Origin: an uncultured Pelagibacteraceae bacterium
GTDB taxonomy: Bacteria > Pseudomonadota > Alphaproteobacteria > Pelagibacterales > Pelagibacteraceae
Length of the DNA stretch: 64,000 nucleotides
Assembly (NCBI GenBank): GCA_902516425.1
Contig: CABXYE010000001.1
Location: 123,845-187,844 of the forward strand
Direction of reading: 5' to 3'
Below the pieces are notes generated by a model. The model did no database searches and was not told the DNA's origin. It was given only the letters and a program-made list of their open reading frames with translations. A program made the translations under genes and the position numbers. Every line of letters begins with the position of its first letter. The stretch's first letter is position 1. Of this stretch, positions 27,444 through 38,571 are shown in pieces.

Positions 27444-28517
27444 ATGATTAAAAAACCCTTAATTCTTGGAATTGAATCAAGTTGTGATGAAACAGCTGCC
27501 TCTCTTGTAACGGAAAATGATCAAGGATCACCTGTTATATTATCAAATATTATATCTAGTCAGGTTGAAGTCCACAAAGATTTTGGCGGTGTTGTTCCAG
27601 AATTGGCAGCTAGATCTCATATAGAAAAAATTGATTTGATAGTTCAGAGAGCAATAAATGAAAGCGAAAAAAGTATAGAGGATATTGATGCGGTTGCCTG
27701 TACTGCAGGACCAGGACTCATTGTATGTTTATCAGTTGGCTTAAGTTTTGCAAAAACTTTTGCTTCTATAATAAATAAACCTTTTATTGCTGTAAATCAT
27801 TTAGAGGGACATGCGTTAAGCCCTAAAAGTAATTCATTATTGGATTATCCATATTTGCTTCTCTTAATATCTGGAGGTCATTCACAATATTTAAATGTTC
27901 AAAATTTTGGAAAATATAAAAGATTAGGAACAACTATTGATGATGCCTTAGGTGAAGCATTTGATAAAACGGCTAAGCTTTTAGGAGTAGAGTTTCCAGG
28001 TGGCCCACAAATTGAAGTTTTAGCTAAAAAAGGTGATCCAGAAAAATATAATTTACCAAAACCAATTTTCAATAAAGGTGGATGCAATCTATCATTTGCT
28101 GGACTAAAGACGGCTGTTTTAAAGATAACGAAAACTATTAAAACCGAACAAGAAAAATTTGATTTAGCAGCATCATTTCAAAAAACCATTGAAGAAATAT
28201 TATATAAAAAAACTAAAATTGCTTTTGAACAATTTGAAAAAAATAAAACAATTAAAAAGAAAGTTTTTGTAGTAGCTGGTGGTGTTGCAGCAAACAAAAA
28301 AATTAGATCAATGCTAATTAATTTATGTAAAGAAAAAAATTATGAAAGTATATTTCCTCCAATAGAACTTTGTGGTGATAATGCTGCAATGATTGGAATA
28401 GTAGGTTTAGAAAAATTCAAATTAAAACAGTTTAATGATCTAGATTATCCAGCCAAACCAAGATGGGCTTTAGATGAAGAAGCAAATTTTTTAAAAGGAG
28501 CTGGAGTAAAATTGTAA
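27444..28517 (+). CDS. tsaD: tRNA N6-threonylcarbamoyltransferase TsaD
   Basis: GIESSCDET, GGVVPELAAR, NHLEGH, SGGH, DDALGEAFDK, DNAAMI. Confidence 0.97.
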   Translation: MIKKPLILGIESSCDETAASLVTENDQGSPVILSNIISSQVEVHKDFGGVVPELAARSHIEKIDLIVQRAINESEKSIEDIDAVACTAGPGLIVCLSVGLSFAKTFASIINKPFIAVNHLEGHALSPKSNSLLDYPYLLLLISGGHSQYLNVQNFGKYKRLGTTIDDALGEAFDKTAKLLGVEFPGGPQIEVLAKKGDPEKYNLPKPIFNKGGCNLSFAGLKTAVLKITKTIKTEQEKFDLAASFQKTIEEILYKKTKIAFEQFEKNKTIKKKVFVVAGGVAANKKIRSMLINLCKEKNYESIFPPIELCGDNAAMIGIVGLEKFKLKQFNDLDYPAKPRWALDEEANFLKGAGVKL

Positions 28518-28930
28518 TGCAATATTGGTTAATGAAATCTGAACCCAACGTTTGGTCAATTGATCAACAAAAAAAAACTGGTGCAAAAGGTGCGCCTTGG
28601 GACGGTGTAAGAAATTATCAAGCAGCCAAAAATCTAAAAAACATGAAAAAGGGAGACCAATGTTTTTTTTACCATTCAAATATCGGGAAGGAAATTGTAG
28701 GCATTGTAGAAGTAATCAAAGAATATTACATTGACAAAACTGATAAATCTGGAAAGTTTGTAGCAGTAACTGTTAAATTTTTAAAAAAATTCGATAAACC
28801 AGTAACTTTAGAAAATATTAAAAAAAGTAAGGATTTAAGCCATTTATCTTTAATTAAACAAAGTAGATTATCTGTAATGCCTATTGACTCTAAAAGCTGG
28901 AAGATTTTAAATAAGATGAGTAAATTTTAA
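28517..28930 (+). CDS. EVE domain protein
   Basis: [28 protein letters not shown]. Confidence 0.93.
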   Translation: MQYWLMKSEPNVWSIDQQKKTGAKGAPWDGVRNYQAAKNLKNMKKGDQCFFYHSNIGKEIVGIVEVIKEYYIDKTDKSGKFVAVTVKFLKKFDKPVTLENIKKSKDLSHLSLIKQSRLSVMPIDSKSWKILNKMSKF

Positions 28931-28934
28931 ACAT

Positions 28935-31004
28935 ATGCCAAAGAAAAAATCAAAAAAGAAAAAAGCTAAGAGAAAATCTTCAAAGAAAACAAGAAAAAAA
29001 AGAAGAATAACAAAAGCCAAAAAAACTTACACAAAAAAACGTAAGAGTAAAAAAATTGTAGTATCTACGAATGAACAAATAATTAAAACCAGACCTGAAT
29101 GGATAAAAAGAAGTCTAGCAAATAAATCTCAATATCAAAAAAAATATTCAGAATCTATTAAAAATAATAATTCATTTTGGAAAAAAGAGGGAAAAAGAAT
29201 TACTTGGATAAAACCATACAAAAAAATAAAGGATATTAAGTATAGCAAGGATGAGGTAAGAATAAAGTGGTTTGAAGATGGAACTTTAAATGCATCAGCA
29301 AACTGTATTGATCGTCATTTAAAAGATAAAAAAGATAAAACTGCGATTATTTGGGTTGGAGATGATCCTAAAGATACTCAAAAAATTTCTTATAAACAAT
29401 TGCATCAAAAGGTTTCAAAAGCTGCAAACGGACTAAAAAAACTGGGCATACAGAAAGGAGATCGTGTAACTATTTATCTAACAATGATCCCTGAATTGGC
29501 AGTTTTAATGTTGGCATGTGCAAGAATTGGTGCCATACATTCTATAATTTTTGGCGGTTTCTCTGCTGACTCAATTTCGGGAAGAGTGAATGATTGCAAA
29601 TCAGAGTATATAATTACTGCCGATGAGGGTGTAAGAGGTGGCAAAATAATTCCTCTAAAAGCAACAACAGATGAAGCTTTAGTAAATTGCCCAGATGTAA
29701 AAAAATGTATTGTGGTAAAAAGAACTGGTAACTATGTGTTTTGGAATCAAGATAGGGATGTTTGGTATCATGATTTAATAAAAGATGTCTCAAATCATTG
29801 TGAGCCTGAAGAGATGAACGCTGAAGATCCTTTGTTTATTCTTTATACATCTGGATCAACTGGAAAACCAAAAGGGGTTTTACATACTACTGGTGGGTAT
29901 ATGGTTTATGCCTCAATGACCCATCAATACATTTTCAATTATAAACCAAATGATATTTATTGGTGTACTGCAGATATAGGATGGGTTACTGGACACAGTT
30001 ATATAATTTATGGACCTTTAGCAAATGGTGCTACTACTATAATGTTCGAAGGTGTTCCAAATTATCCTGATAGTTCCAGATGGTGGCAAATAGTTGATAA
30101 ATACAAAGTTAATACTTTTTATACCGCACCAACAGCTATAAGAGCCTTGATGAGAGAAGGAGACGGTCCGGTTAATAAAACATCTCGAAAATCCCTTAAA
30201 TTACTAGGAACAGTTGGAGAACCCATAAATCCAGAGGCATGGATGTGGTATTATAAAACTGTTGGAAATTCAAAGTCACCTATTGTTGACACGTGGTGGC
30301 AAACAGAAACAGGTGGAATTCTTATTTCTCCACAAACAGGAGCTATTCCACTTAAACCTGGATCAGCAACTAAACCTTTTTACGGAATTAAACCGGTATT
30401 AGTTAATAAAGATGGAAAAGAAATAAAGGGTGAGGGTGAAGGAAGACTTTGTATAGCCCAGTCTTGGCCAGGTCAGATGAGAACGGTATATGGCGATCAT
30501 CAAAGATTTATTGATACATATTTTTCACAGTTTGATGGAAAATATTTTACAGGAGATGGATGCAAAAGAGACAAGGATGGCTATTACTGGATAACTGGTA
30601 GAGTTGATGATGTAATTATTGTATCAGGTCATAATCTTGGTACTGCTGAAATTGAGAGTGCATTCGTTGCTCATCCCAAAGTAGCTGAGGCAGCTGTAGT
30701 TGGTTACCCTCATGATATCAAAGGAAACGGATTGTACTGTTATGTTACTTTAAATGCTGGAGAGATCGAAACAGGGGACTTGGATAGAGAACTTAAACTT
30801 TGGGTAAGAAAACAGATTGGACCACTAGCAACTCCAGATTTAATACATTTTACTCCAGGTCTTCCTAAAACTAGATCAGGAAAAATCATGAGAAGAATTT
30901 TAAGAAAAATTGCTGCAAATGAACATGGTCAACTAGGAGACACAACTACTTTAGCTGATCCAACTGTGGTAGATAGTTTAGTAGACAATAGAAAAAATAT
31001 CTAA
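28935..31004 (+). CDS. acs: Acetyl-CoA synthetase with basic N-terminal extension
   Basis: [36 protein letters not shown]. Confidence 0.97.
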   Translation: MPKKKSKKKKAKRKSSKKTRKKRRITKAKKTYTKKRKSKKIVVSTNEQIIKTRPEWIKRSLANKSQYQKKYSESIKNNNSFWKKEGKRITWIKPYKKIKDIKYSKDEVRIKWFEDGTLNASANCIDRHLKDKKDKTAIIWVGDDPKDTQKISYKQLHQKVSKAANGLKKLGIQKGDRVTIYLTMIPELAVLMLACARIGAIHSIIFGGFSADSISGRVNDCKSEYIITADEGVRGGKIIPLKATTDEALVNCPDVKKCIVVKRTGNYVFWNQDRDVWYHDLIKDVSNHCEPEEMNAEDPLFILYTSGSTGKPKGVLHTTGGYMVYASMTHQYIFNYKPNDIYWCTADIGWVTGHSYIIYGPLANGATTIMFEGVPNYPDSSRWWQIVDKYKVNTFYTAPTAIRALMREGDGPVNKTSRKSLKLLGTVGEPINPEAWMWYYKTVGNSKSPIVDTWWQTETGGILISPQTGAIPLKPGSATKPFYGIKPVLVNKDGKEIKGEGEGRLCIAQSWPGQMRTVYGDHQRFIDTYFSQFDGKYFTGDGCKRDKDGYYWITGRVDDVIIVSGHNLGTAEIESAFVAHPKVAEAAVVGYPHDIKGNGLYCYVTLNAGEIETGDLDRELKLWVRKQIGPLATPDLIHFTPGLPKTRSGKIMRRILRKIAANEHGQLGDTTTLADPTVVDSLVDNRKNI

Positions 31005-31645
31005 AACTTTATTCTTTCTTTAAATTCCTTTTTTACAACATCCCATTTTAAAATAACTGAGTTAAGAACTATTTTACGATCCAAAATTTTTAAATCTTCA
31101 GCAATTGGTGCCCACTTGTATAATGATAAGGCACTAGTGTTGAATGGTAGATCATCATGGTAGTTATCCCAATTAATATTTTGTAATCTTTCATCAAAAC
31201 TTTTTTTTGCATTCTCTATAATTTCAGTCGGCATTTTATTTGAAGTTTCGTCATCAAGAATCTTTAAAAAGATTTCTTTGGCCTTTTCGGTATCTTGAAA
31301 GTTAAAATTTGCTTTTAGTTTTGAAAACGTGAAAAATGTAAGATCTTGTAGAGCAACTGAATAAATATTCCACTTAGCAAGGTTTACTGAGTCCATAAAA
31401 ATATCATTCTCGAAATGAAGAACATACCTAGTACCCATTCTCGTTTTAAGATACCCATAAAGAGTAACCTGACTCACCCATGCAGATTTTGTTTGAATAA
31501 AGGTTTCAAGTTCATCTAAGTTACTAATTTTGCCTTTGGGGATGAAAGCTTTAAACATTGCAAATAAATAAGTCTTAAAATCATGCAAAGTTAAGTCTCT
31601 CCAAGTTAATTTGTATTTTCCCATAAAAACCCCTATTTTTGACAC
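31001..31645 (-). CDS. Conserved hypothetical protein (start may be ATG 31624)
   Basis: 214-aa ORF filling the gap; no motif recognised. Confidence 0.7.
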   Translation of the reverse strand: MSKIGVFMGKYKLTWRDLTLHDFKTYLFAMFKAFIPKGKISNLDELETFIQTKSAWVSQVTLYGYLKTRMGTRYVLHFENDIFMDSVNLAKWNIYSVALQDLTFFTFSKLKANFNFQDTEKAKEIFLKILDDETSNKMPTEIIENAKKSFDERLQNINWDNYHDDLPFNTSALSLYKWAPIAEDLKILDRKIVLNSVILKWDVVKKEFKERIKF

Positions 31646-31749
31646 TTATAACTTAAAAAGGCTAGCAAATTTACCAATTTTAACACTTTAAATCTATTTC
31701 ATAATGGTTATGGTTTTCGCCAGTTATAACTAAAAAGAGAGAGGTATAA

Positions 31750-32010
31750 ATGTCAAAACAAGAACAACACTGGGAAAAATCCAAGGGTTTGCTAATGATG
31801 ACGTTAGCAATTTGGTTTGTTTTCTCAATTGGCATCTTCTTATTCGGAGCTGAAATGAATGAAGTTACGGGTCCCTTTGGATATCCGTTAACTTATTGGT
31901 TCACTTGTCAAGGATCTCTTGGAATTTTCGTAATACTAATTTTCTGGTTTGCGAATAGACAAGAAAAAATTGATGAGGAGTTTGGCTTTAGTGAGAGAGG
32001 AGATGACTAA
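31750..32010 (+). CDS. DUF4212 / SSS transporter small subunit (YjcH-like role)
   Basis: 2 TM, FGYPLTYWFTCQGS; strong SD (GAGGT); coupled to the SSS gene. Confidence 0.88.
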   Translation: MSKQEQHWEKSKGLLMMTLAIWFVFSIGIFLFGAEMNEVTGPFGYPLTYWFTCQGSLGIFVILIFWFANRQEKIDEEFGFSERGDD

Positions 32011-33821
32011 TGCTAAAAGGTAATTTTATAGACAATTTACCTAAGGTTTATGGAATCTATACAGGAGGATTTTTAGGTTTCATAATCATTATGTCAATTG
32101 GTGAGCAGATGGGTATGTCAGCTAAAGCAATCGGAATTTGTTTCGTTGCCTTTACTGTAGCCATCTATGCAATAATTGGTTATCTATCACGTACAGCGCA
32201 AGCAGATGCATATTATGTAGCTGGAAGACAAGTACCAACCGTATTCAATGGAATGGCGACAGCAGCAGACTGGATGTCTGGTGCTTCATTCGTTGCAATG
32301 GCTGGTGGTATTTACTTTAAAGGTTATGGATATATGGCACTACTTGTAGGTTGGACTGGTGGATATGTTTTAGTTGCATCACTATTAGCACCTTATCTGA
32401 GAAAATTTGGCTGTTACACAGTTCCAGATTTTATCGGTACAAGATACGGTGGTAATTTAAGTAGATTCATGGCAGTGGTAGTCTTAACTGTTGCTTCATT
32501 TACTTATGTGACTGCACAAATTAACGCCACAGGTACAATTGCATCTGTTGCTCTTGATATTCCATTCCAATACGCTGTATACGTTGGACTTATAAGTATT
32601 TTACTTTGTTCAATGCTTGGCGGTATGAGGGGAGTAACTTGGACACAGGTAGCTCAATATATCGTACTAATCATAGCTTACTTATTACCAGTATTCTGGA
32701 TCAGTAACAAAATAGGTGCAGGTTTCTTCCCTCACTTCATGTTAGCTGATGAGGTTTCTAGAATAGCTGAACTAGAGGCTCAGTTTGGTTTTGTAAAAAA
32801 CTCTGCTGAAAATCTAAAAGAGGTGCCAAAAGGTTTGGCTGGAATAACTAAAGCTCACTCAGCGGTGAACGCAACACCTTGGGCATTTATTTCATTAGCG
32901 TTAGCGATGATGATGGGAACAGCTTCATTGCCTCACGTTATGATGAGATATTTTACTACTCCAAGCGTAAAAGCAGCTAGAAAATCAGTAGGTTGGTCAT
33001 TATTCTTTATCTTCCTGCTTTATTCTTCTGCCCCAATGTTAGCGACACTATCTAAGTTGTCATTGATGGACCCAACTTTACCAACAGGTATCATTGGTAA
33101 ATCAATTTCAGATGTTCAAGCGATAGATTGGTATCAAAACTGGAACGCAGCAAACTTGATGTTTGTGAGCGACTTTAACGGAAATGGAACTCTTGAGTTA
33201 AATGAGTTTTTCATGGGTGGTAAAGCCGTTGTGTTAGCAACTCCAGAAATAGCTGGGTTACCATATGTAATCTCAGGTCTAGTTGCTGCTGGAGGTATGG
33301 CTGCTGCCATGTCGACAGCTGATGGTTTGATTTTAGCAATTGCAAACGCAATCTCACACGATGTTTATTATAAAATCATCGATCCAAAAGCTGAGACTGC
33401 GAAGAGACTAGTTGTTGCAAGGGTATTACTTGTAGTAATTGGTTTTGCAGGAGCAACAATCGCAGCTCTTGAGATCCAAGGTATCTTAGGTTCAGTAATC
33501 TGGGCTTTTGACTTTGCAATGTCAGGTCTATTCTTCCCACTAGTACTTGGTGTATGGTGGAAGAGAGCTAACAAAGAAGGTGCTATAGCTGGTATGGCTT
33601 TAGGATTAATTTCTGGTGCTGCTTACCTAGTTTGGGTAAGAACAGGTGGAAGTGGATTCTTAGGTATTACTCAGTTAACGTTTGGTATCTTTGGATCAGC
33701 TGTCAGCTTAGTATCTATGGTTGTGGTCAGTTTAATGACTTCAGAACCGAATGCTGCTACGCAAAAAATGGTTGACGAAGTTAGAGTGCCATCTGGCAGA
33801 TCTATAATCGGCAAGCAATAA
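32010..33821 (+). CDS. actP: Sodium:solute symporter, ActP/VC_2705-like (probable monocarboxylate/acetate permease)
   Basis: YYVAGR, NGMATAADWMSGASF, GTASLPH, AAAMSTADGL; close to acs. Confidence 0.85.
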   Translation: MLKGNFIDNLPKVYGIYTGGFLGFIIIMSIGEQMGMSAKAIGICFVAFTVAIYAIIGYLSRTAQADAYYVAGRQVPTVFNGMATAADWMSGASFVAMAGGIYFKGYGYMALLVGWTGGYVLVASLLAPYLRKFGCYTVPDFIGTRYGGNLSRFMAVVVLTVASFTYVTAQINATGTIASVALDIPFQYAVYVGLISILLCSMLGGMRGVTWTQVAQYIVLIIAYLLPVFWISNKIGAGFFPHFMLADEVSRIAELEAQFGFVKNSAENLKEVPKGLAGITKAHSAVNATPWAFISLALAMMMGTASLPHVMMRYFTTPSVKAARKSVGWSLFFIFLLYSSAPMLATLSKLSLMDPTLPTGIIGKSISDVQAIDWYQNWNAANLMFVSDFNGNGTLELNEFFMGGKAVVLATPEIAGLPYVISGLVAAGGMAAAMSTADGLILAIANAISHDVYYKIIDPKAETAKRLVVARVLLVVIGFAGATIAALEIQGILGSVIWAFDFAMSGLFFPLVLGVWWKRANKEGAIAGMALGLISGAAYLVWVRTGGSGFLGITQLTFGIFGSAVSLVSMVVVSLMTSEPNAATQKMVDEVRVPSGRSIIGKQ

Positions 33822-33834
33822 AAATAATCTTTCT

Positions 33835-33860
33835 AAGGGGCGATTAATTTCGCCCCTTTT
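33835..33860 (+). terminator. Rho-independent terminator after actP
   Basis: AAGGGGCGA-TTAATT-TCGCCCCTT perfect 9-bp stem followed by T residues. Confidence 0.85.
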
Positions 33861-33891
33861 AATTTCAAAATTTTTCCAATATAAACTTTAA

Positions 33892-34236
33892 ATGTCAGCT
33901 AACTTTCACCCCTTAGTTTACATTGTTGATTATGTTTTAGGAGTAATCATGTGGACTTTAATTGGAAGAGTAGCAATGAATATATTTCAAAGAGAAGACT
34001 CCCAATTTTTTTTCATGAAAGTCTTTGTTAAATTTACTAATCCTCTTATCAGCTTATTTAAACCTATAACTCCACCCTTTATAATCCAACCAATTGTACC
34101 TCTTTATGTGGCATGGTTTTTTTTTATGATAAGGTTTTACCTTATGCCTTGGGTTTTAGGATACTCAGTAATGGGAATGTTATCTTTTCCTTTAGAAAGT
34201 GAAATTTCAAGACAAATTTATCAATTTTTTAATTAA
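33892..34236 (+). CDS. Hypothetical membrane protein (YggT-like)
   Basis: Hydrophobic; FVKFTNPLISLFKPITP resembles the YggT core. Confidence 0.6.
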   Translation: MSANFHPLVYIVDYVLGVIMWTLIGRVAMNIFQREDSQFFFMKVFVKFTNPLISLFKPITPPFIIQPIVPLYVAWFFFMIRFYLMPWVLGYSVMGMLSFPLESEISRQIYQFFN

Positions 34237-34276
34237 ATTAAATTTTAAAATTTGGTACTAGTAAGTTTAATTATCA

Positions 34277-34936
34277 ATGAAAAAAATACAAATTTCGCCA
34301 TCTATCTTATCCGCTGACTTTAGTCAATTAGGCAACGAGATTAAGAAACTCGAAGATGCAGGCGCAGATATGATACACGTGGATGTTATGGATGGTCACT
34401 TTGTTCCTAATTTAACGATTGGACCACCTGTAATAAAAGCTTTGAGAAAATACACAAGCTTAATATTTGATGTACATTTAATGATTTCTCCTGTTCACAA
34501 ATATATAAAAGATTTTGCTAACGCTGGTGCAGATATAATTACTATTCATCCTGAAGCTACAGATAACTTAAATGAGTCCATCAAACATATTAGGACACTT
34601 GAAAAAAAAGTTGGTGTCTCATTGAATCCCAATACAGAAATTGACATAATAAAAAATGAATTAGAAAACATAGATTTAATCCTTGTTATGAGTGTATTCC
34701 CAGGTTTTGGTGGTCAAAAATTTATACCTGAAATAATTAAAAAAATTGAATTATTGAAAAAAATTAAAGATGAAAAAAAATATAGTTATGACATTGAAGT
34801 CGATGGAGGAATAAACTTTGCAAATTCTAAAGAGGTTATAAGTGCAGGAGCAAATATTCTTGTATCGGGAACAACAATCTTTAAAGAAAATAATGGAAAT
34901 ATTAAAAAAAATATAGAAACACTTAAAGAAGTGTAG
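34277..34936 (+). CDS. rpe: Ribulose-phosphate 3-epimerase
   Basis: SPSILSADF, HVDVMDGHFVPN, MSVFPGFGGQKF, EVDGGI. Confidence 0.97.
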   Translation: MKKIQISPSILSADFSQLGNEIKKLEDAGADMIHVDVMDGHFVPNLTIGPPVIKALRKYTSLIFDVHLMISPVHKYIKDFANAGADIITIHPEATDNLNESIKHIRTLEKKVGVSLNPNTEIDIIKNELENIDLILVMSVFPGFGGQKFIPEIIKKIELLKKIKDEKKYSYDIEVDGGINFANSKEVISAGANILVSGTTIFKENNGNIKKNIETLKEV

Positions 34937-34937
34937 A

Positions 34938-36566
34938 ATGTTACTAAATGGATTTTTTAGAACTTTTAATGACTTAATAAGTTTAATTAACGAAAAATCT
35001 AAAAATATTTATCAAAATTCAAATTTTTATAATCGAAAAATCTCCAAATCATTAGATTTTAAGTTTCAGTATAAACCAAGTCCTTATCTATTATCATCTT
35101 TAATAAACTACCAAAATAAAAAATATACAATAGAAGAATTAGATTATAATACTATTTGGGAAAATAATTTAGAATCAAAAGAAAATAAAAGATTGAATAA
35201 TTTTTTTTGGTTTTTTAGTCTAGATTTAAGATCTTCTAAAAATTCAACACAAAAAGTTATCACAGACTGGATTAATAAAAATCAAAGATATAATAAAGAA
35301 AATTGGGAATTTAATACAACAGCCAAGAGAGTAATATCCTGGTTATCAAACCACCAACTATCTTATGATGAAAGTGATAAAGAATATAGGTCAATATTCA
35401 ATTTTATGATTCAAAAACAAACTAATCACTTAATTAATGAGATAAAAAATTCCAAAAATTTGGAAAATAAGATAATTGGTTGCTCAGCAATTATTTTGAC
35501 AGGTTTATGTTTTGGAAGTGAAAAAAATTATTTAAAAATTGGATTAAATTTTTTAAAAAAGATCGCTAAATCATCAATAGACAACCAGGGTTTTATAAAA
35601 TCTAGAAATATTCAACAACAAATTTTTTATCTAAAATATTTTATTCTCATAAAGGAATGGTTTAAAGAGTCTCAGGTTAATATTCCAGACTATATAGAAG
35701 AAAATATATATTATTTTGGCCAAGCTTATGCTTACTTTTGGCAAAATATAAAAGTCGATTTACTTTTCAATGGCAATAATATCTCAAATAACCAAGACTT
35801 TGATATTTATTTGAAAAGATTAGGTTATAAATTTAGAAATGAAAAAAAAAATTATGGAGGATATACAGTACTACAAAATAAAAAAATTTGCCTTGCTATG
35901 GACACTGGGCCTACACCTGATTTACCCCATTCAAGTGACTATCAGTCAGGTGCATTATCTTTTGAGATAATTTCAAATGGAAGAAAATTAATTAGTAATT
36001 GCGGATATTTTAAAAAAAATAATCTCAAACTTAATCAAATATCAAAATCTTCTGCAACTCACAGTACATTGATTATAGATGACAATTCCTCGTGTAAATT
36101 TTTTAAAAAAAAAAAGTCGTGGAATTTAAAAACAGGTTTAAAGATAATTCAAAACAATTCTGTATTTGAAGAAAATTATTGGAAAATCAACGCTGCTCAT
36201 GATGGTTATATTAAAAAATATAATTCAGTACATGAGAGAGAAATTGAATTTTATCCTGAACAAATGATGTTTGTAGGAACAGACAAAATAATAAAGAGAA
36301 AAACAAATTATAGTTATAAGTTTGAAATTAGATTTCATTTAGAACCGAATGTTAAATTAATGAAAACACAAGATAATAAATCAATTTTAATTGAATTAAA
36401 GGATGAAGGTTGGAGATTTACTTGTGAAAAGTATGAAATTAATATTGATAATGGCTTATACTTCGGTAACAAAAATTCATATACTGAAAATCAAAATTTT
36501 TTTATATCAGGAATTTCTAATTATGATGAAGAAAGAATTAAATGGGAAATAAGAAAAATACAGTAA
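34938..36566 (+). CDS. Heparinase II/III family protein
   Basis: GALSFE, NCG, ATHSTL, HDGY, IRFHL; conserved position before purH. Confidence 0.8.
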   Translation: MLLNGFFRTFNDLISLINEKSKNIYQNSNFYNRKISKSLDFKFQYKPSPYLLSSLINYQNKKYTIEELDYNTIWENNLESKENKRLNNFFWFFSLDLRSSKNSTQKVITDWINKNQRYNKENWEFNTTAKRVISWLSNHQLSYDESDKEYRSIFNFMIQKQTNHLINEIKNSKNLENKIIGCSAIILTGLCFGSEKNYLKIGLNFLKKIAKSSIDNQGFIKSRNIQQQIFYLKYFILIKEWFKESQVNIPDYIEENIYYFGQAYAYFWQNIKVDLLFNGNNISNNQDFDIYLKRLGYKFRNEKKNYGGYTVLQNKKICLAMDTGPTPDLPHSSDYQSGALSFEIISNGRKLISNCGYFKKNNLKLNQISKSSATHSTLIIDDNSSCKFFKKKKSWNLKTGLKIIQNNSVFEENYWKINAAHDGYIKKYNSVHEREIEFYPEQMMFVGTDKIIKRKTNYSYKFEIRFHLEPNVKLMKTQDNKSILIELKDEGWRFTCEKYEINIDNGLYFGNKNSYTENQNFFISGISNYDEERIKWEIRKIQ

Positions 36567-38098
36567 AAAAAATTAAATCAGCCCTCATATCACTATCTGA
36601 TAAAACTGATTTAAAACCTTTATTAATAGAATTAAAAAAAAATAATATTAAAATAATTAGCTCTGGAGGAACATTTAAAAAAATCAAAGAACTAAAATTT
36701 AAATGTTTAGAAGTTTCAGATTTTACTGGTTTCAAAGAAATACTTAATGGTAGGGTGAAAACTTTACACCCAAAAATACATGCTGGGATATTAAGCAAAA
36801 GAGATAACAAATCACATCTTAAAGACTTAAAAAATAATAATTTTGATAATATAGACTTAGTAATTGTAAATTTTTATCCCTTTGAAAAAACTTTGGAGCA
36901 AACTAATAGTCACAAAAAAATAATAGAAAATATAGATATTGGTGGACCAACAATGGTTAGGGCGGCAGCTAAGAATTATAATGACGTTACAGTTATTACA
37001 TCCAATGAACAATATTCAGAACTTATTTGTGAACTAAAAAAAAATAAAGGATGTACTTCCTTAAAGTTTAGAGAAAAAATGTCCAGACTTGCTTTTACAG
37101 AAAGCGCTTACTATGATGCTATTATACTTAATTATTTAAATAAAAATGCTAATATAAATTTCCCAAAAAAAAGAATTGTTTACTCAAGCTTGGTAGAAAA
37201 TTTGAGATATGGAGAAAATCCACATCAAAATAGTGCTCTTTATTCACAAAATAAAAATAATAAAATAAAGCAATTATGCGGAAAAACTTTAAGTTATAAC
37301 AATTATAGTGATATCTTTGCGGCCCTGACCATTTCAAAGTCTTTTCCTAAAAATACTGGCACTGTGATTATAAAACATGGAAATCCTTGTGGTGCTTCCA
37401 CACTTAGAGATAATTTAAACAGTTTTAATTCAGCTTTTAGATGTGATCCTCTAAGCGCATTTGGTGGTATTGTTTCTTGTAATTATAAAATTACTAAAAG
37501 TATTGCACTCGAATTAAAAAAAAAATTTCTAGAAGTAATAATAGCTAATGGATTTGATAAAAATGCACTTAAGATATTGAAGCTTAAGAAAAAACTTAGG
37601 CTCATAGACTCATCAAATATGTCATTTGATGGAATCTTCAAATCATACTCGATTGATAATTTTACATTACTTCAATCTGAGGATAACAAACTTTTTTCCA
37701 AAAAAAAATTTAAAATCGTCTCAAAAAGAAAGCCTTCTAAATCACAATTTGATAATTTAATATTCGCATTTAATGTATGTCGTTTTGTAAAATCAAATGC
37801 AATAGTTCTTGCAAGTAATAAATCAACTATTGGAATAGGTTCAGGTCAGCCAAGTAGATTGGATAGTTGTCAAATTGCTATCGATAAGATGAATAAATTT
37901 TCTAAACATGAAAAGGATGTTGTTGCTGCATCAGATGCCTTTTTTCCTTTTATAGATGGTATCGAAAAGCTCGTTCAATCTGGAGTAAATGCTGTTATTC
38001 AGCCGGCAGGTTCAATAAGAGACAAAGAGATAATCAAATTTGCAAATGATACAAATACTGTTTTAATTTTTTCTGAAACGAGACATTTCAGGCATTAA
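36542..38098 (+). CDS. purH: Bifunctional AICAR transformylase/IMP cyclohydrolase
   Basis: GRVKTLHP, DIGGPTM, LRYGENPHQ, SDAFFPF. Confidence 0.97.
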   Translation: MGNKKNTVKKIKSALISLSDKTDLKPLLIELKKNNIKIISSGGTFKKIKELKFKCLEVSDFTGFKEILNGRVKTLHPKIHAGILSKRDNKSHLKDLKNNNFDNIDLVIVNFYPFEKTLEQTNSHKKIIENIDIGGPTMVRAAAKNYNDVTVITSNEQYSELICELKKNKGCTSLKFREKMSRLAFTESAYYDAIILNYLNKNANINFPKKRIVYSSLVENLRYGENPHQNSALYSQNKNNKIKQLCGKTLSYNNYSDIFAALTISKSFPKNTGTVIIKHGNPCGASTLRDNLNSFNSAFRCDPLSAFGGIVSCNYKITKSIALELKKKFLEVIIANGFDKNALKILKLKKKLRLIDSSNMSFDGIFKSYSIDNFTLLQSEDNKLFSKKKFKIVSKRKPSKSQFDNLIFAFNVCRFVKSNAIVLASNKSTIGIGSGQPSRLDSCQIAIDKMNKFSKHEKDVVAASDAFFPFIDGIEKLVQSGVNAVIQPAGSIRDKEIIKFANDTNTVLIFSETRHFRH

Positions 38099-38433
38099 TT
38101 TATTTGGTCAATTTTAGCAGCCAATATGAAATCATTTTCAGATAATCCCTCTATTGCATGTGTTGTAATATTTATTTGGGCATATCCCCATCCAAATATA
38201 ATATCAGGGTGATGGCCCTCTTCTTCGGAAATTTTTCCTACTTCATTAACAAATTTTTGACTTTCTAAAAAATTTTTGAACTCAAATCTTTTTTCTAACA
38301 TGTAATTTTCATCCTTATTTTGAACTACATCCCATCCATCTATTTTTTTTTGATACTTATGTATTTCAGAAATATCAAAAGGATGGACACCTCCTTCGCA
38401 AGGAACACATTTTTTATCTAATAAATCATTCAT
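38095..38433 (-). CDS. phhB: Pterin-4-alpha-carbinolamine dehydratase
   Basis: CVPCEGG, EEGHHPDI, THAIEGLSENDFILAAKID. Confidence 0.93.
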   Translation of the reverse strand: MNDLLDKKCVPCEGGVHPFDISEIHKYQKKIDGWDVVQNKDENYMLEKRFEFKNFLESQKFVNEVGKISEEEGHHPDIIFGWGYAQINITTHAIEGLSENDFILAAKIDQIN

Positions 38434-38443
38434 AATTAAAAGT

Positions 38444-38518
38444 TGGAGCGGGCAAAGGGGGTCGAACCCTCGACCTTCTCGTTGGCAACGAGACGCTCTA
38501 CCACTGAGCTATGCCCGC
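38444..38518 (-). tRNA. tRNA-Gly(GCC)
   Basis: GCGGGCATAGCTCAGTGGTAGAGCGTCTCGTTGCCAACGAGAAGGTCGAGGGTTCGACCCCCTTTGCCCGCTCCA; cloverleaf, anticodon GCC, encoded CCA. Confidence 0.97.
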
Positions 38519-38571
38519 AAAAACTATCTTAATATAAAGAAGTAAATTTTTTTTTCAAGAAATTAAAATTA

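Noticed and set aside
31646-31737. Near-direct repeat TTATAACT(T)AAAAAG and a small hairpin upstream of the DUF4212-actP operon
   Set aside because: Short, AT-only and imperfect; no riboswitch-like structure can be supported
38434-38571. tRNA-Gly as an integration site for a genomic island or prophage
   Set aside because: No integrase in the window and no duplicated tRNA 3' end noticed; flanking genes are mostly core
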